Shown here piece by piece: positions 1 to 11,074 of a stretch of 64,000 nt of DNA (position 1 is the stretch's first letter; each line of letters starts with the position of its first letter). Under the pieces are notes generated by a model. The model ran no database searches and had not been told where the DNA came from. It was given only the letters and a program-made list of their open reading frames with translations. The DNA is taken from the NCBI GenBank assembly GCA_977017645.1, contig OZ360243.1:35216001-35280000 (forward strand). The letters are read 5' to 3'. The DNA is from Torpedo marmorata (Eukaryota). The translations under genes and the position numbers were made by a program.

Positions 1-157
1 AATAAAAAATTCCATTCTAATCTATCAAATGCTTTTTCTGCATCTAATGTTATCACCAACGGCAAATCTTGTTTCCTTTTTTACAAATTAATTAAACTTA
101 TTAATCTTGCTATATTATCTTTCGAATATCTATTTTTAATAAATCCTGCTTGATCAC
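1..157 (-). mobile_element. L1/Tx1-type LINE ORF2 (RT) fragment, continues off the left edge
   Basis: Minus strand reads QAGFIKNRYSKDNIARLISL...LDAEKAFDRLEWNF, nearly the same as the L1 at 29221-29370. Confidence 0.85.
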
Positions 158-199
158 CCCTTTCCAGCCTTATCCCCATAACACTTAACTCCCCTGCCC

Positions 200-2709
200 A
201 CTAGAGTTTTCCACAGGACAATGGAGCACATCATAGAAGGCATAAATGGGGTACGTGTGTACATGGATGGCATGATCCTATGGGGATCCACACAAGAACA
301 ACACAACAAAAGGCTCATCAAAGTGCTACAATGCATCCAGAAGTATGGATTAAAGTTTGGTGTGAAGGAAATCACCTTTCTGGGAGATAAACTGTCAGAG
401 GCAGGTGTGGAGCCAGACAAGAGCAAGGTGAAAGCAATTTTAGAGATGCCCAGACCTACTGACAAAAAAGGCGTATTGAGCGTGCTGGGAATGATCAATT
501 TCATTGGTAAATTCATACCAAACCTGTCTTCCAAAACAATGTACCAAAGGAAGTTGTTACAGGACAAATGTGAATTCAAGTGGACAGACAACTACGAGGA
601 AGAATGGGGATGACTGAAGACCATTCTAACTACAGAACCAGTACTTTTGACGTTCTTTGATGCATCCAGAAGGTCGAAAATATCAATGGATGCTTCAAAA
701 GATGGAATAGGTGCCGTACCACTTCAGGTTGTGGGAGAGGATTGGAGGCCAGTAGCATATGCATCAAGGACGATGACAACATCTGAATGTCGATATGCAC
801 AGATCGAGAAAGAGTGTCTGGTCTGGTCTATGGACGAGAAATTTCACAGTTATGTGTATGGTCTACCAACATTCGTGGCAGAGACAGACCACAAGCCATT
901 AATAGCGATAATCAAGAAAAATTTCAGTGAAATGTCACCGAGAATCCAAAGACTGATGATGAAGCTACAAAGTTATGACTTTGAATTGGTGTACACACCA
1001 GGGAAAATTAATGTGTTAGCTGATGCGTTATCCAGGGCAACGATGCAGAGTGAAGCACACAATGAGAGTTCCACAGAGACAGATGTGAATCTCCACGTGA
1101 ATCTTATCACTGAATCTCTTCCCGTATCTGACATGAAATCCAAGCAGATAGCAGCTGAAACAGAAAAGGACACAGTTCTAAAGAAGGTAATCAGGAATCT
1201 GAATGAAGGATGGCCTAGAGGTGAATGTCAGCCATACTACAACACAGGAGCTGAGCTGAGTGTTGTCAATGGGCTTCTACTCAGACAGAGCAGAATTATC
1301 ATTCCTCAATCACCATGACAAGAGATGCTGAAAAGGGTGCATGAGGGGCATCTTGGAATGGAAAAATGCAAGAGGAGGGCCAGAACTGCTGTTTATTGGC
1401 CAGGGATAAACGCTGACATTGACAGAATGGTTTCCAGCTGTGAGACCGGTTTGAAACATCATTCAAAGCAGGCAAAGGAACCCATGATAATAACTGACTT
1501 ACCAGCCAAACCATGGCAGAAAGTTGGGACTAATCTGTTCTACATGGATGGAAATAATTACTTGCTGGTTATTGATTATCTATCGAACTATCCGGAGAAA
1601 GTGCTGCTTCCTAGCATGTCTGCTGCTTGTGTGATCAAATATATGAAATAGATCTTTGCAAAACATGGAATTCCTCAAATTGTCTACAGTGACAATGGAC
1701 CATGTTGTAGAGAATTCCAGACCTTTGCAGAAGAGTATGATTTTTGACATGTGACTTCAAGTCCTCTGCATCCACAATCAAACGGTAAAGCAGAGAAAGG
1801 AGTTCACATAGTTAAACAGTTGCTCAAGGAAGCACTAGACAGTGGCTCAGACCCGTATCTAGTTCTATTGAGTTACAGAGCTTCGCCACTTGAACATGGC
1901 ATGTCACCCGCTGAGCTTCTGATGGAACGTAGACTACGCACCACACTTCCCTACTCTGCAGACCCAAACAAGAACAGAGATGTCGAAGATGTCGAACGGA
2001 AACAAAAGCATCTGCATTGGAGTCAAAAAGCAAACTATGACAAGTCAGCAAGAAGCTTAGGGCCACTGGCACAACATGACGCAGTGAGACTCAGAGATTC
2101 CAACAATTGGGACAAAAAGGCTACTGTTCTGGAGAAAGTAAATCCAAGATCCTACACTGTCAGAACAGAGGATGGTCAAATACTGAGGAGGAATCGAAAG
2201 AGCCTGCTGAAAACACAAGAGATACTGCAGGAACAGACAGATGCAGAAGATTCAGCCTGCACAGCAACAGAGGAAATACCAACAGTGCTAGACAGTAGTG
2301 GACCAGCAGAGCCGACACAAGCACCTGTGTTAAGAAGATCCACACGTGTTATCAAAGTACCTGACAGACTGAATCTCTAAAAGAAAAAGAACTGCACACT
2401 TCAAAGTTTGTGCTGCTGATGTTTGTGTTTACGTTTGTGTTGAACTTTAAATTGAAAGAATACTGTATTAGTGTGTCATGTTGTTAGATTAAACATCTCA
2501 AGGAAAGGGGATGTAGTGATAGTGTGCTACCACTAGGAGGTCAGAGATGAGTTGTGTGGCAGCTGTTGCATCTTGGGTAGAATCAAGATGGATGCCTCCA
2601 CATGAGGTCTTGTCTGTGTGTGTTCTGTTCTTAGTGCTATTTGCTTTAGTTAATAAATGTAGTTTAAAAAGAACCCAAGTTTCTTTATTGTAATAGAAGA
2701 AACATCACA
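200..2709 (+). mobile_element. Ty3/Gypsy LTR retrotransposon, 5'-truncated and decayed pol (RT end, RNase H, integrase) with PPT and 3' LTR
   Basis: Broken ORFs 221-613 (VYMDGMI, FLGD), 647-1318 (DASKDGIGAV, YAQIEKECL, ETDHKPL), 1325-1651 (HEGHLG, YWPG), 1751-2380 (SPLHPQSNGKAE); purine tract AAGGAAAGGGGA at 2500-2511. Confidence 0.93.
2512..2709 (+). repeat. Short (~200 bp) 3' LTR of the Gypsy element
   Basis: Starts TGTAGTGAT directly after the PPT, contains AATAAA near 2652, ends CATCACA; right boundary inferred from TG...CA only. Confidence 0.7.
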
Positions 2710-2904
2710 TCAATGACTCATCCAAATGCTATTTATATGTGATGAAGGGTTCTGCCTCTCTCATTGTCTCAGGCAATGAGTACAAACACCTACCAGCCTC
2801 TTGGTGAAAAAACTCTTTCCTCATAGTGCATCTCATCCTTCTACCAATTACTTTAAATCTGTGACCCTGATTTTTGACCCCCCCAGGAAAATAAGTCCTT
2901 ATTT

Positions 2905-3230
2905 AGTTTCAGATTTCAGATCTATTGTCAGAGTACATACATGACATCACATACAACCCTGAGATTCTTTTTACTGTGGGTGAGGGAAACTGTACGTAAC
3001 GTACACATGTAAACAAATAAAGAAATGTAAACAAACTGACTTTGCAATGCATAGAGGAAAAAAAAACAATAAAGTGCAAAAGTAAGAGTCCTTAAATGAG
3101 TCCCTGATTTAGTTTGTTGTTGAGGACTCTGATGGTGGAGGGGTAGCAGCTGTTCCTGAACCTGGTGGTGCGAGTCTTGTGGCACCTATATCTTTTTCCT
3201 GATGGCAGCAGCGAGAACAAAGCGTGTGCT
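2905..3230 (-). mobile_element. Rex1/Babar-type LINE 3' end
   Basis: Minus strand encodes the LLPSGKRYRCHKTRTTRFRNS C-terminal motif; (TTTCAGA)-type tail; same subfamily as 25328-26335. Confidence 0.8.
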
Positions 3231-3617
3231 CTCAGTGCCATTTATGATTTTTATCCTGCTCAATTAAATCGCCCCTCAGTCTCTTTTGATCCAACGTAAA
3301 ACTATTCCAGACGATCCGATCTTTTTTTAAAATCTTGGCAACATCTTTGTAAGTCTCCTCTACTTCCTCTTCAAGAAAATGCAGATGTATGAATCAGGAT
3401 AGGAGTAGTCCATTTGCTCTCTCAAACCTTAACAAGGTACCACAATTGCAATCCTTCCTGCTCCAAGGAACATTTCACCGCCTTGCTTATTATGAACGCA
3501 TTTAATTCTGTTTCCATTTCCCCTTGAGGAAGAGAGTTCCAAAAATTCACAATCCTTTGATAGAAAAAGAATCATATCTTTGACAATAACAATGAGGAAA
3601 AACAGTCTCTCCTCATC

Positions 3618-4030
3618 TCAGAATCTGAATTTATTGTCATTATCAAGTCATGAAATTCGGTGTTTTGCGGCAGCATCATAGTGCAAACATTCATATTATA
3701 ACCATCTTACGACATTACTATAAAAAATATATAAATAATAGTGCACGAAAATTAAGGCAGTGTCTTATTCAGGAATCTGATGGCAGCGGGGAAGAAGCTG
3801 CCCTTGTGCCGTTGAGTGCTCGTCTTTAGGCTCCTGTACCTTTTTCCTGATGGTAGCAGAGTGAAGAGGGCATGGCCTGGGTGGTGGGGGTCTTTGAGGA
3901 TAGAGGTTGCTTTTTTAAGACACCGCCTCATGTAGATGTCCTCGATGGAGTGAAGTCTGGTGCCTGTGATGTCACAGGCCGAGTTAACAACCCTCTGGAG
4001 TTTATTCTTGTCCTGAGAGTTGGGGCCTCC
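3618..4030 (-). mobile_element. Rex1/Babar-type LINE 3' end
   Basis: ORF 3752-4084 ([18 protein letters not shown]...[11 protein letters not shown]) near-identical to 59745-60177. Confidence 0.9.
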
Positions 4031-4524
4031 CAAGACCCCAAAGGACCTTGTAGGTTTCCATAGAGCTGCCTCTTGCTGTTCCAAAATTTAAAGCAGTACC
4101 TAAATTCCAGCTGTTTGTTTTCGAAGGATAAATTTAAAAAGAGCCTGGCTGTCTAGCTTAGATTAATAGGATAATCACAGTTTATTGATATAATTCATGA
4201 GATCTCATTAATCACAATGACTGGCAGATTGAAAAGCCTTGTCAAATCTCAGAGTTCTTTAATACGGAAATGACCTTTTCCACTTCAAACATTTCTAACC
4301 TTAATGAAACTGGTTTAATGAGCAAGCCTGTTAACGTACACTCGACCAAACAGCTAAATCTACTTCCATGTAGCCACAGGCACAATTGGATCAACTATTA
4401 AATGTCCGCATAGGATCCTAATGGGGCAATAGATACTGAAGTTTGTTTGTAGTCATTAGCCCTTTTTATGGTGCAACCCCACAATAAAGAAGGCTCAATA
4501 AAAAAAATAAAAAGGTGAACTTAC

Positions 4525-4989
4525 TTTTTATAGTGACGACCTATATGACGTTTCCAGCATTGTCTTTATGCTGAGCTGTGTCGGGAGCCGGCTTCCCGAT
4601 TTGAGGGAGGCGGGGCGAGTGGTGCAGTAGCGCCGCCCATCGCTGTGAAGTCAAACATACGCGCCGAGCAATGGCCGTCTTCGTTACCCATAATCCCCCA
4701 CGCAGCTGGAACCGCTCTTTCAGTGCCAGCGCCAGCACCAGGGAAATGCAGAGTGGTTCCAGCTGCGTGGGGGATTATGGGTAACGAAGATGGCCATTGC
4801 CATATAGATCAACTCTCCTGGGTCGCAGGCTGATGGCGTCATCGCGACGTCATCAGACCTCCCATTGCCAGATGCTTTAAGCTGCTTTCTTTTTATGGAG
4901 GAGGTGGAGAGATTCTCTCCACCTCTGTGTCTACCTCCTAGGCGTTTCGGAGTACGCCTTGCCAATCCGCCATCGGACTTTTTATGAAG
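4525..4989. promoter_or_regulatory. CpG-rich putative bidirectional promoter with divergent first exons
   Basis: CpG-dense segment with no repeat motifs I recognise; GC box GAGGCGGGGC 4607-4616; two ZNF143/Staf-like sites; CRE-like TGACGT at 4546 and GACGTCA at 4846; YY1-like AAGATGGC; plus donor AAG|GTAAGT at 4989/4990; minus donor AAA|GTAAGT at 4525/4524. Confidence 0.65.
4668..4800. repeat. 51-bp inverted repeat (49/51 match) with 31-nt spacer
   Basis: 4668-4718 is the reverse complement of 4750-4800 except at 4677/4791 and 4714/4754. Confidence 0.97.
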
Positions 4990-5028
4990 GTAAGTGAGGT
5001 GACTTAAAGACAGAAATGTTCTGTTTTT

Positions 5029-6860
5029 TAAAATATTTTATTTAAAATTTTAAATCACAAAATACATAAAATAAAATATGAAATTATCAAAATATTTGTG
5101 AAACATTTTCACCCCCCCTGCCACCCTCCCCTCCCCAACCCTCCCAACCCCACTAATCTAATAAAAAAAAAAAATAAAAAATAAAAAGAAAAAAGAAAAA
5201 AAAAGAAAAAGATAGAGTAAGGAGAATGCCAATCTAAAAACATACATCTATAAACTAATTATATTGTGGAGGTCAAGTATGCCAATAGATCCGATGTCCA
5301 GAGATCTTCAAATCCTTAAACCAACAACTTTCATATATGGGCTCCAAATTTTTTAAATGAAATGATATTTATTACGTAAATTATAGGTAATTTTTTCAAG
5401 TGGTATACATGAACGAAGTTCTGCAAGCCATCTTTCTAACCCTAAATCTAGATCAGATTTCCAAGTAATAGCAATACATTTCTTTGAAACAGCTAAAGCA
5501 ATTTGCAAAAATTCTATTTGATACATATTTAATTTCATCTTAATACTAAATTTTCTAATATCTCCAAACAAAAATATCATAGGATCCATTGGAAATGTAA
5601 TCTTAAATACTTTATCTAAAATTTTTTTAACTTTCAACCAGAAATCATAAACTTTTGGACAAAACCATGTAGAATGTACAAAAGAACCTTCCTCTTTATT
5701 GCATCTAAAACATAAACCTGATAATGTCGGATTAAATTTCTTTAATTTTTTAGGTGTTAAATATAATTGATGAAAAAAATTGTATTGTACTAATCTATAT
5801 CTAACATTAATAATCTTCGTCATACTTAATTTACATAATTCTTTCCAATGATTTTCATCTATTGTTACATTCAAATCTAATTCCCATTTTAATCTTGATT
5901 TATGAATTTCTACTTTAGAAGTTTTCCTCTGAAACAATTTATACATTTGAGAAATAAATTTATTTACATCTCCTTTAGTAACTAATAATTCTAATTCATT
6001 CTGTCTTGGTAAGATCAAACTATAACCTAATTTCTCAATCAAGAATGCTCTAATTTGATAATAAGCAAAAAGTGTATTATCCAATATATTGAATTTATCT
6101 TTCATTCTTTGAAAAGTAATAAATTTCCCAGCTTCAAAACAATCATTTATTTTCTTAATTCCTTTTTGAAACAAAATTTTAAATAATTGATTATTAGTAG
6201 TAAATGGAATAAGTTCATTTTGATATAAAGGCATCCTTGGAGAAATCATTCCTTTTCCTCCTATTTCCTTATCCGTCTTATTCCATATTTCTAACAAATG
6301 TTTAAGGATAGGAGAATTTTTCCTTCTTGTTGATATTAATTTAGAATCCCATTTATAAATAACTTCTTCTTTGGAATCTTCTCCTATATTATTTAATTCT
6401 ATTTTAATCCAAGCAGAAGATTTAGTTGGATCAAAAAGTTCATTAACAAATTTTAATTGAGCTGCTTTATAATAATTTTGGAAATTCCAAGTTAATTTTT
6501 CTATACCTACTCTTGCTAACTTTCCTTTCCATAAAAAATTTCTAATACTTGAATTTAAGTCTTTAAAAATTTTTTGAGGAATTTCATAAGGAATTGATTG
6601 GAAAAGATATTGAATTCTTGGAAAAACATTCATTTTAATACAATTTACCCTTCCCATTAAAGTTATAGATAAATCTTTCCAATTTTCTAAATCCTTTTTT
6701 ATTTTCACAAATAATGGTAGATAATTTAATTTATATAAATTAGCCAATTTTGTATCAATCCTTATTCCCAAATATTTAATTCCTCTTTTGCCCATTTAAA
6801 TTGTGTAATTTCTTTACACTTTCTACAATCCCCTTGTGATAATGTCATAATTTCACTTTT
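5029..6860 (-). mobile_element. 5'-truncated L1/Tx1-type LINE (ORF2 C-terminal part and 3' UTR)
   Basis: ORF 5353-6795 (IKYLGI, GRVNCIKMN, CFRC..HSTWFC zinc knuckle); TSD AATGTTC(T/G)GTTTTT at 5015-5028 and 6861-6874. Confidence 0.95.
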
Positions 6861-7048
6861 AATGTTCGGTTTTTACAGTCGTTTTCTTTGCACTATAAAA
6901 GGGGCTATTAACTCTATTGCAGACTCAGAATGCAGGACTGACACAGATCAGATTCTCTCCTCTGGTTCTTTAAAAAATGTATGTATCTTCAATACATCCC
7001 TGCATTGAGTCCTCTTGTACATTCTACTTCCTGCAATTGCATTGCTTA

Positions 7049-7664
7049 CACTGGACAGCATATTTTTTCAAAAAGGTTTGCATCCTGAAAAAAATGGAGA
7101 TTATGATAGACAACTTCAAACTGAACACAAATATAATTTCAGATTTGCTGTATCACGTAGGAAGTTTGGGAAACATGAAATTAACTTTTATTGAATTTAG
7201 CATGTTGAATCGCATAATGATGCTGACACTTTGTGTTAGTTCAACTGACCTGAAAATGTTTTGCCGCTGATTTTCGTTTATACTCAGCATCTGACACCCC
7301 TCGTGTCAGTGTCCAACAATAGTTGGCCAGCATTGATGGATTCCAGTTGCCCTGATACTGCTTTTCCATGGTTGTAATGTCCTGGTGAAACCTTTCACCT
7401 CGTTCGTCACTGTTGGCACCAAGATCAGCAGGGAAGAAGTCCAAATGCGAATGCAGAAAATGAATTTTCAATGACATGTTGCACTTTGTGGTTTTGTATG
7501 CTTGAAGTAGAATTAAAATATGTCATGATATCACAAAAAATAGTTTATATTTAAAAAAACGGTATGTGATATGAAAATTTTAAGGTGATTTTCATGATCA
7601 GCAGCCCAAAATCCATAAAATACACCCAAAAGTGTTCAGGAAGCAGAACTTTCGTTGTCCAGCG
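7049..7664 (-). mobile_element. Non-autonomous DNA transposon with a Chapaev3-like transposase C-terminal remnant
   Basis: ORF 7241-7477 MSLKIHFLHSHLDFFP...DERGERFHQDI; termini CACTGGACAGC / GTTGTCCAGCG form an imperfect TIR; family assignment from recall of the motif. Confidence 0.7.
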
Positions 7665-8207
7665 ATAATGGGTCAGCAAGATTGTCTCTTAAATGTGCAT
7701 GTTCAAGCTGAAAAAGAGGTTTCTGAAGCAGTGTTTGTATTTTGGTAAACGTTACTTTCATCTAAAGTATGATTTGCGCACTGAGGAAGATGCTTGCTTA
7801 TTTGAGGCAATGCCGATCTCCAGATTAAGCAACAGCCCTCTGATTGTATGTGACACAGGGTCTTCATTAGACCACAGTGCCATCCCATGTAAGGGAAGGG
7901 GTTATGTTCCTCAAAAGCCTGTATTGTGATTTTCTGTAATGCAATCCCTTGATAAGAATTGACAAAAATTTGTTGTTTCTTTTACATTTTGTGTTTATTT
8001 AATTTTTCTCTCATAAATTCCATCTGACAAAATCTTTATTCTGTATTTCAAATCTTTTGAGTGTTTTCTGAATTCGAATAGGGCTAATTTCCATTACCTG
8101 AACTGCTGTAATGTGGAAGTGCACTTTATAATGGAACTTCCCCTGTTGAATGATTAGATTTCATCATTCTAACTGGCTTTCCCATTGCATCACATGTACT
8201 CTAACAG

Positions 8208-8331
8208 GCAGATGTACAAACAGCACTTACGAAGTCCAGTGCAAAAACCAAATCCCTCAATGGTCTACGCCCTTGAGTACACACTTCCTGTGCACATTTT
8301 TACACAGCAGCAGGAGTTAAATCAAAGTTAG
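8208..8331 (+). other. Candidate internal exon of a plus-strand, probably non-coding transcript
   Basis: CTCTAACAG acceptor and TAG|GTATGC donor; splice signals only, no recognisable protein. Confidence 0.25.
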
Positions 8332-8725
8332 GTATGCAAACTTGGCATGGATTTACAGACAAGATTAGTTGATCTTGCCTGCTGATTCTCCAAAGCCCTT
8401 GTATCATGAGGATGTGCCTGGATTGGGAGAGTAATCTCCAAACAGCAGTTTGATGTTGATACTGTATGGTCATTAAAACCCTCCCTCTCCAACAACACCA
8501 GAGACACATTTGTAATCATTCCTGGGTCAGTTACATATGTCTCATGCATGTGATGGATCAGAGGTGGCTGGGACTGATCAGATGTAGTCCTCAGTATTGT
8601 ATTGTGTCTGGACCCCTAGTATTCTCATAGAAACAAGTCAGATATCAAGGTCTCCACTAGACATAGGGAACCCTGGTTTTCAAGGGATATTGGCGATCTG
8701 GTTAAGAAGAAAAGGGAGGTGTATA

Positions 8726-8767
8726 TTTTGTGATTTAAAAGATTAAATAAAATAATTTTTTTTTAAA
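8726..8767 (+). mobile_element. ~42-bp L1 3' tail insertion inside the CR1
   Basis: TTTTGTGATTTAAAA..AATAAAA matches the L1 3' end at 31550-31590; 22-bp TSD AAGAAGAAAAGGGAGGTGTATA at 8704-8725 and 8768-8789. Confidence 0.85.
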
Positions 8768-9784
8768 AAGAAGAAAAGGGAGGTGTATAGCAAGTATAGG
8801 CAACAAGGAGCTAATGAGGTGCTTGAAAATTACAGAAAATGCAAGAAAATACTCAAGAAGGAAATCAGGAAGGTAAAAAGAAGACATGAGGTTGCTTTGG
8901 CAGATAATGTGAAGGTAAACCCGAAGGGTTTCTACAAGTATATTAAGAGTAAAAGGATAGTAAGGGACAAAATTGGTCCCCTAGAGGATCAGAGTGGTCA
9001 ACTATATGTGGAGCCTCACGTAATGGGGGAGATCTTAAACATTTTTTTTGCATCAGTATTTACTCAGGAAACTGACATAGTATATAAGGAAGGAAGGGAA
9101 ACAAACAGAAGTGTCATGGAACATATGGAGATTAAGGAGGAGGAGGTGCTTGCTGCCTTACAGCAAATAAAGGTAGATAAATTCCCAAGGCCAGATATGA
9201 TACTCCCTCGGACCTTGAGGGAGACAAGTGTAGAAATTGCAGGGCCCTGGCAGATATATTCAAAATGTCCTTAGCCATGGGTGAGGTGCCAGAGGATTGG
9301 AGAGTAGCTCATGTTGTCCCGTTGTTTAAAAAGCCTCCAAAAATAAACCAGGTAATTATAGGCCTGTGAGCCTGACGTCAGTAGTAGGTAAATTATTGGA
9401 AGGAGTTCTGAGAGATAGGATATATAGGTATTTGGACAGCCAAGGGCTGATTAAGGACAGTCAGCATGGCTTTGTGCGTGGTAGGTCATGTTTAACTAAT
9501 CTTGTAGAGTTTTTCGAGGAGGTTACCAAGAAGATAGATGAAGGAAAGGCTGTGGATGTTGTCTACATGGACTTTAGTGAAGCCTTTGACAAGGTCCCAC
9601 ATGGAGAGGTTGTAAACTGGATTCAAAATTGACTGTGTGGGAGAAAACAGAGAGTGGTAGTGGATGGTTGCTTCTCAGACTGGAGGCCTGTGACTAGTGG
9701 TGTGCCTCAGGGATCTGTGTTGGGACCATTGTTGTTTGTTGTCTATATCAATGATCTGGTTGATAATGAGGTAAATTTGATCAG

Positions 9785-10197
9785 CAACATCTCATTTTCC
9801 GTCTAGGCACTCTCCAGCCAGATGGCATTAACATTGACTTTTCTGCTTTCCACTAAACCTGCTTGTCATTTCCTTCCCCTCCCCCCTGTCCTGTCCTTCC
9901 AGTTTTTCTCCACTCACCCAGCCATCCCTCCTCCCACTCTTTGCTGCTGTCCCCTCCCTCCTTTCTCCACCTATCATCTCCTGCCTTTGTCACTCCCCCC
10001 CCCCCACCTTCCCCCCTCACTCTTTTGTTCGGACGCCTGCCGGCATTTTCTTATACTTTGATGAAGGGCTCAAGCCCAAAATGTCGGTTTTGTATTTCTA
10101 CCTTTGCTACTTAAAATACACTGTTTGACCTGCTGAGTTTCTCCAGCATTTGTGTTTTTACTTCAACCACGGTGTCTACAGATTTTCGTGTTTTACT
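9785..10197 (+). mobile_element. Penelope-like element 3' end (pseudo-LTR) inserted in the CR1
   Basis: [20 protein letters not shown] (GIY-YIG C-terminus), pyrimidine-rich tract and pLTR shared with 28319-28907. Confidence 0.9.
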
Positions 10198-11074
10198 TTT
10201 CAAAGATAGGAGGCGTTATGGACAGCAAGGAAGATTTTCACAGTTTGCAGAGGGATCTGGACCAATTGGGAGAATGGGCGAAAAAATGGCAGATGGAGTT
10301 TAATGCAAACAAGTGTGAGATTATGCATTTTGGAAAGACAAACTAAGAAAGGACATACACAGTAAATGGTAGGGCACTGAGGAGTGTGGAGGAACAAAGG
10401 TATCTGGGAATACAGATACATTGTTCCCTGAAGGTGGCGTCGCAGGTGGACAGGGTTGTAAAGAAAGCTTTTGGCATCTTAGCCTTTATAAATTAAAGTA
10501 TTGAGTATAGGAGTTGAGATGTTATGGTGGGGTTATATAAGACATTGGTGAGGCCAAATTTGGAGTATTGTGTGCAGTTCTGGTTGCCTAACTACAGGGA
10601 GGATATCAATAAGATTGAAAGAGTTCAAAGAAGATTTACTAGGATGTTTCCAGGTCTTCAGGAGTTGAGTTACATGGAAAGATTAAACAGGTTAGGACTT
10701 TATTCCTTGGAGCGAAGAAGAATGAGGGGAGATTTGATAGAGGTTTACAAGATTATGAGAGGTATAGACAGAGTGGATGCGAGTAGGCTTTTTCCACTTA
10801 GATTGGGGAGATAAATACGAGAGGTCATAGTTTTAAGCTGAAAGGGGAAAGGTTTAGGGGGAAAGTTCTTCACTCAGAGAGTGGTGGGAGTGTGGAATGA
10901 GCTGCCATCTGATGTGGTGAATGCGGGCTCGATCTTAAGTTTTAAGAATAAATGGATGGGAGAGGTCTGGAGGGTTATGGAATGGGAGCAGGTCAATGGG
11001 ACTAGCGGAATAATGGTTGACACAGACTGGAAGGGCCGAAAGGCCTATTTTCTGTGCTGTAGCATTCTATGGTT

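Noticed and set aside
4541-4965. Short ORFs over the CpG-rich segment
   Set aside because: Expected in GC-rich DNA, mirrored by the inverted repeat, no recognisable domain
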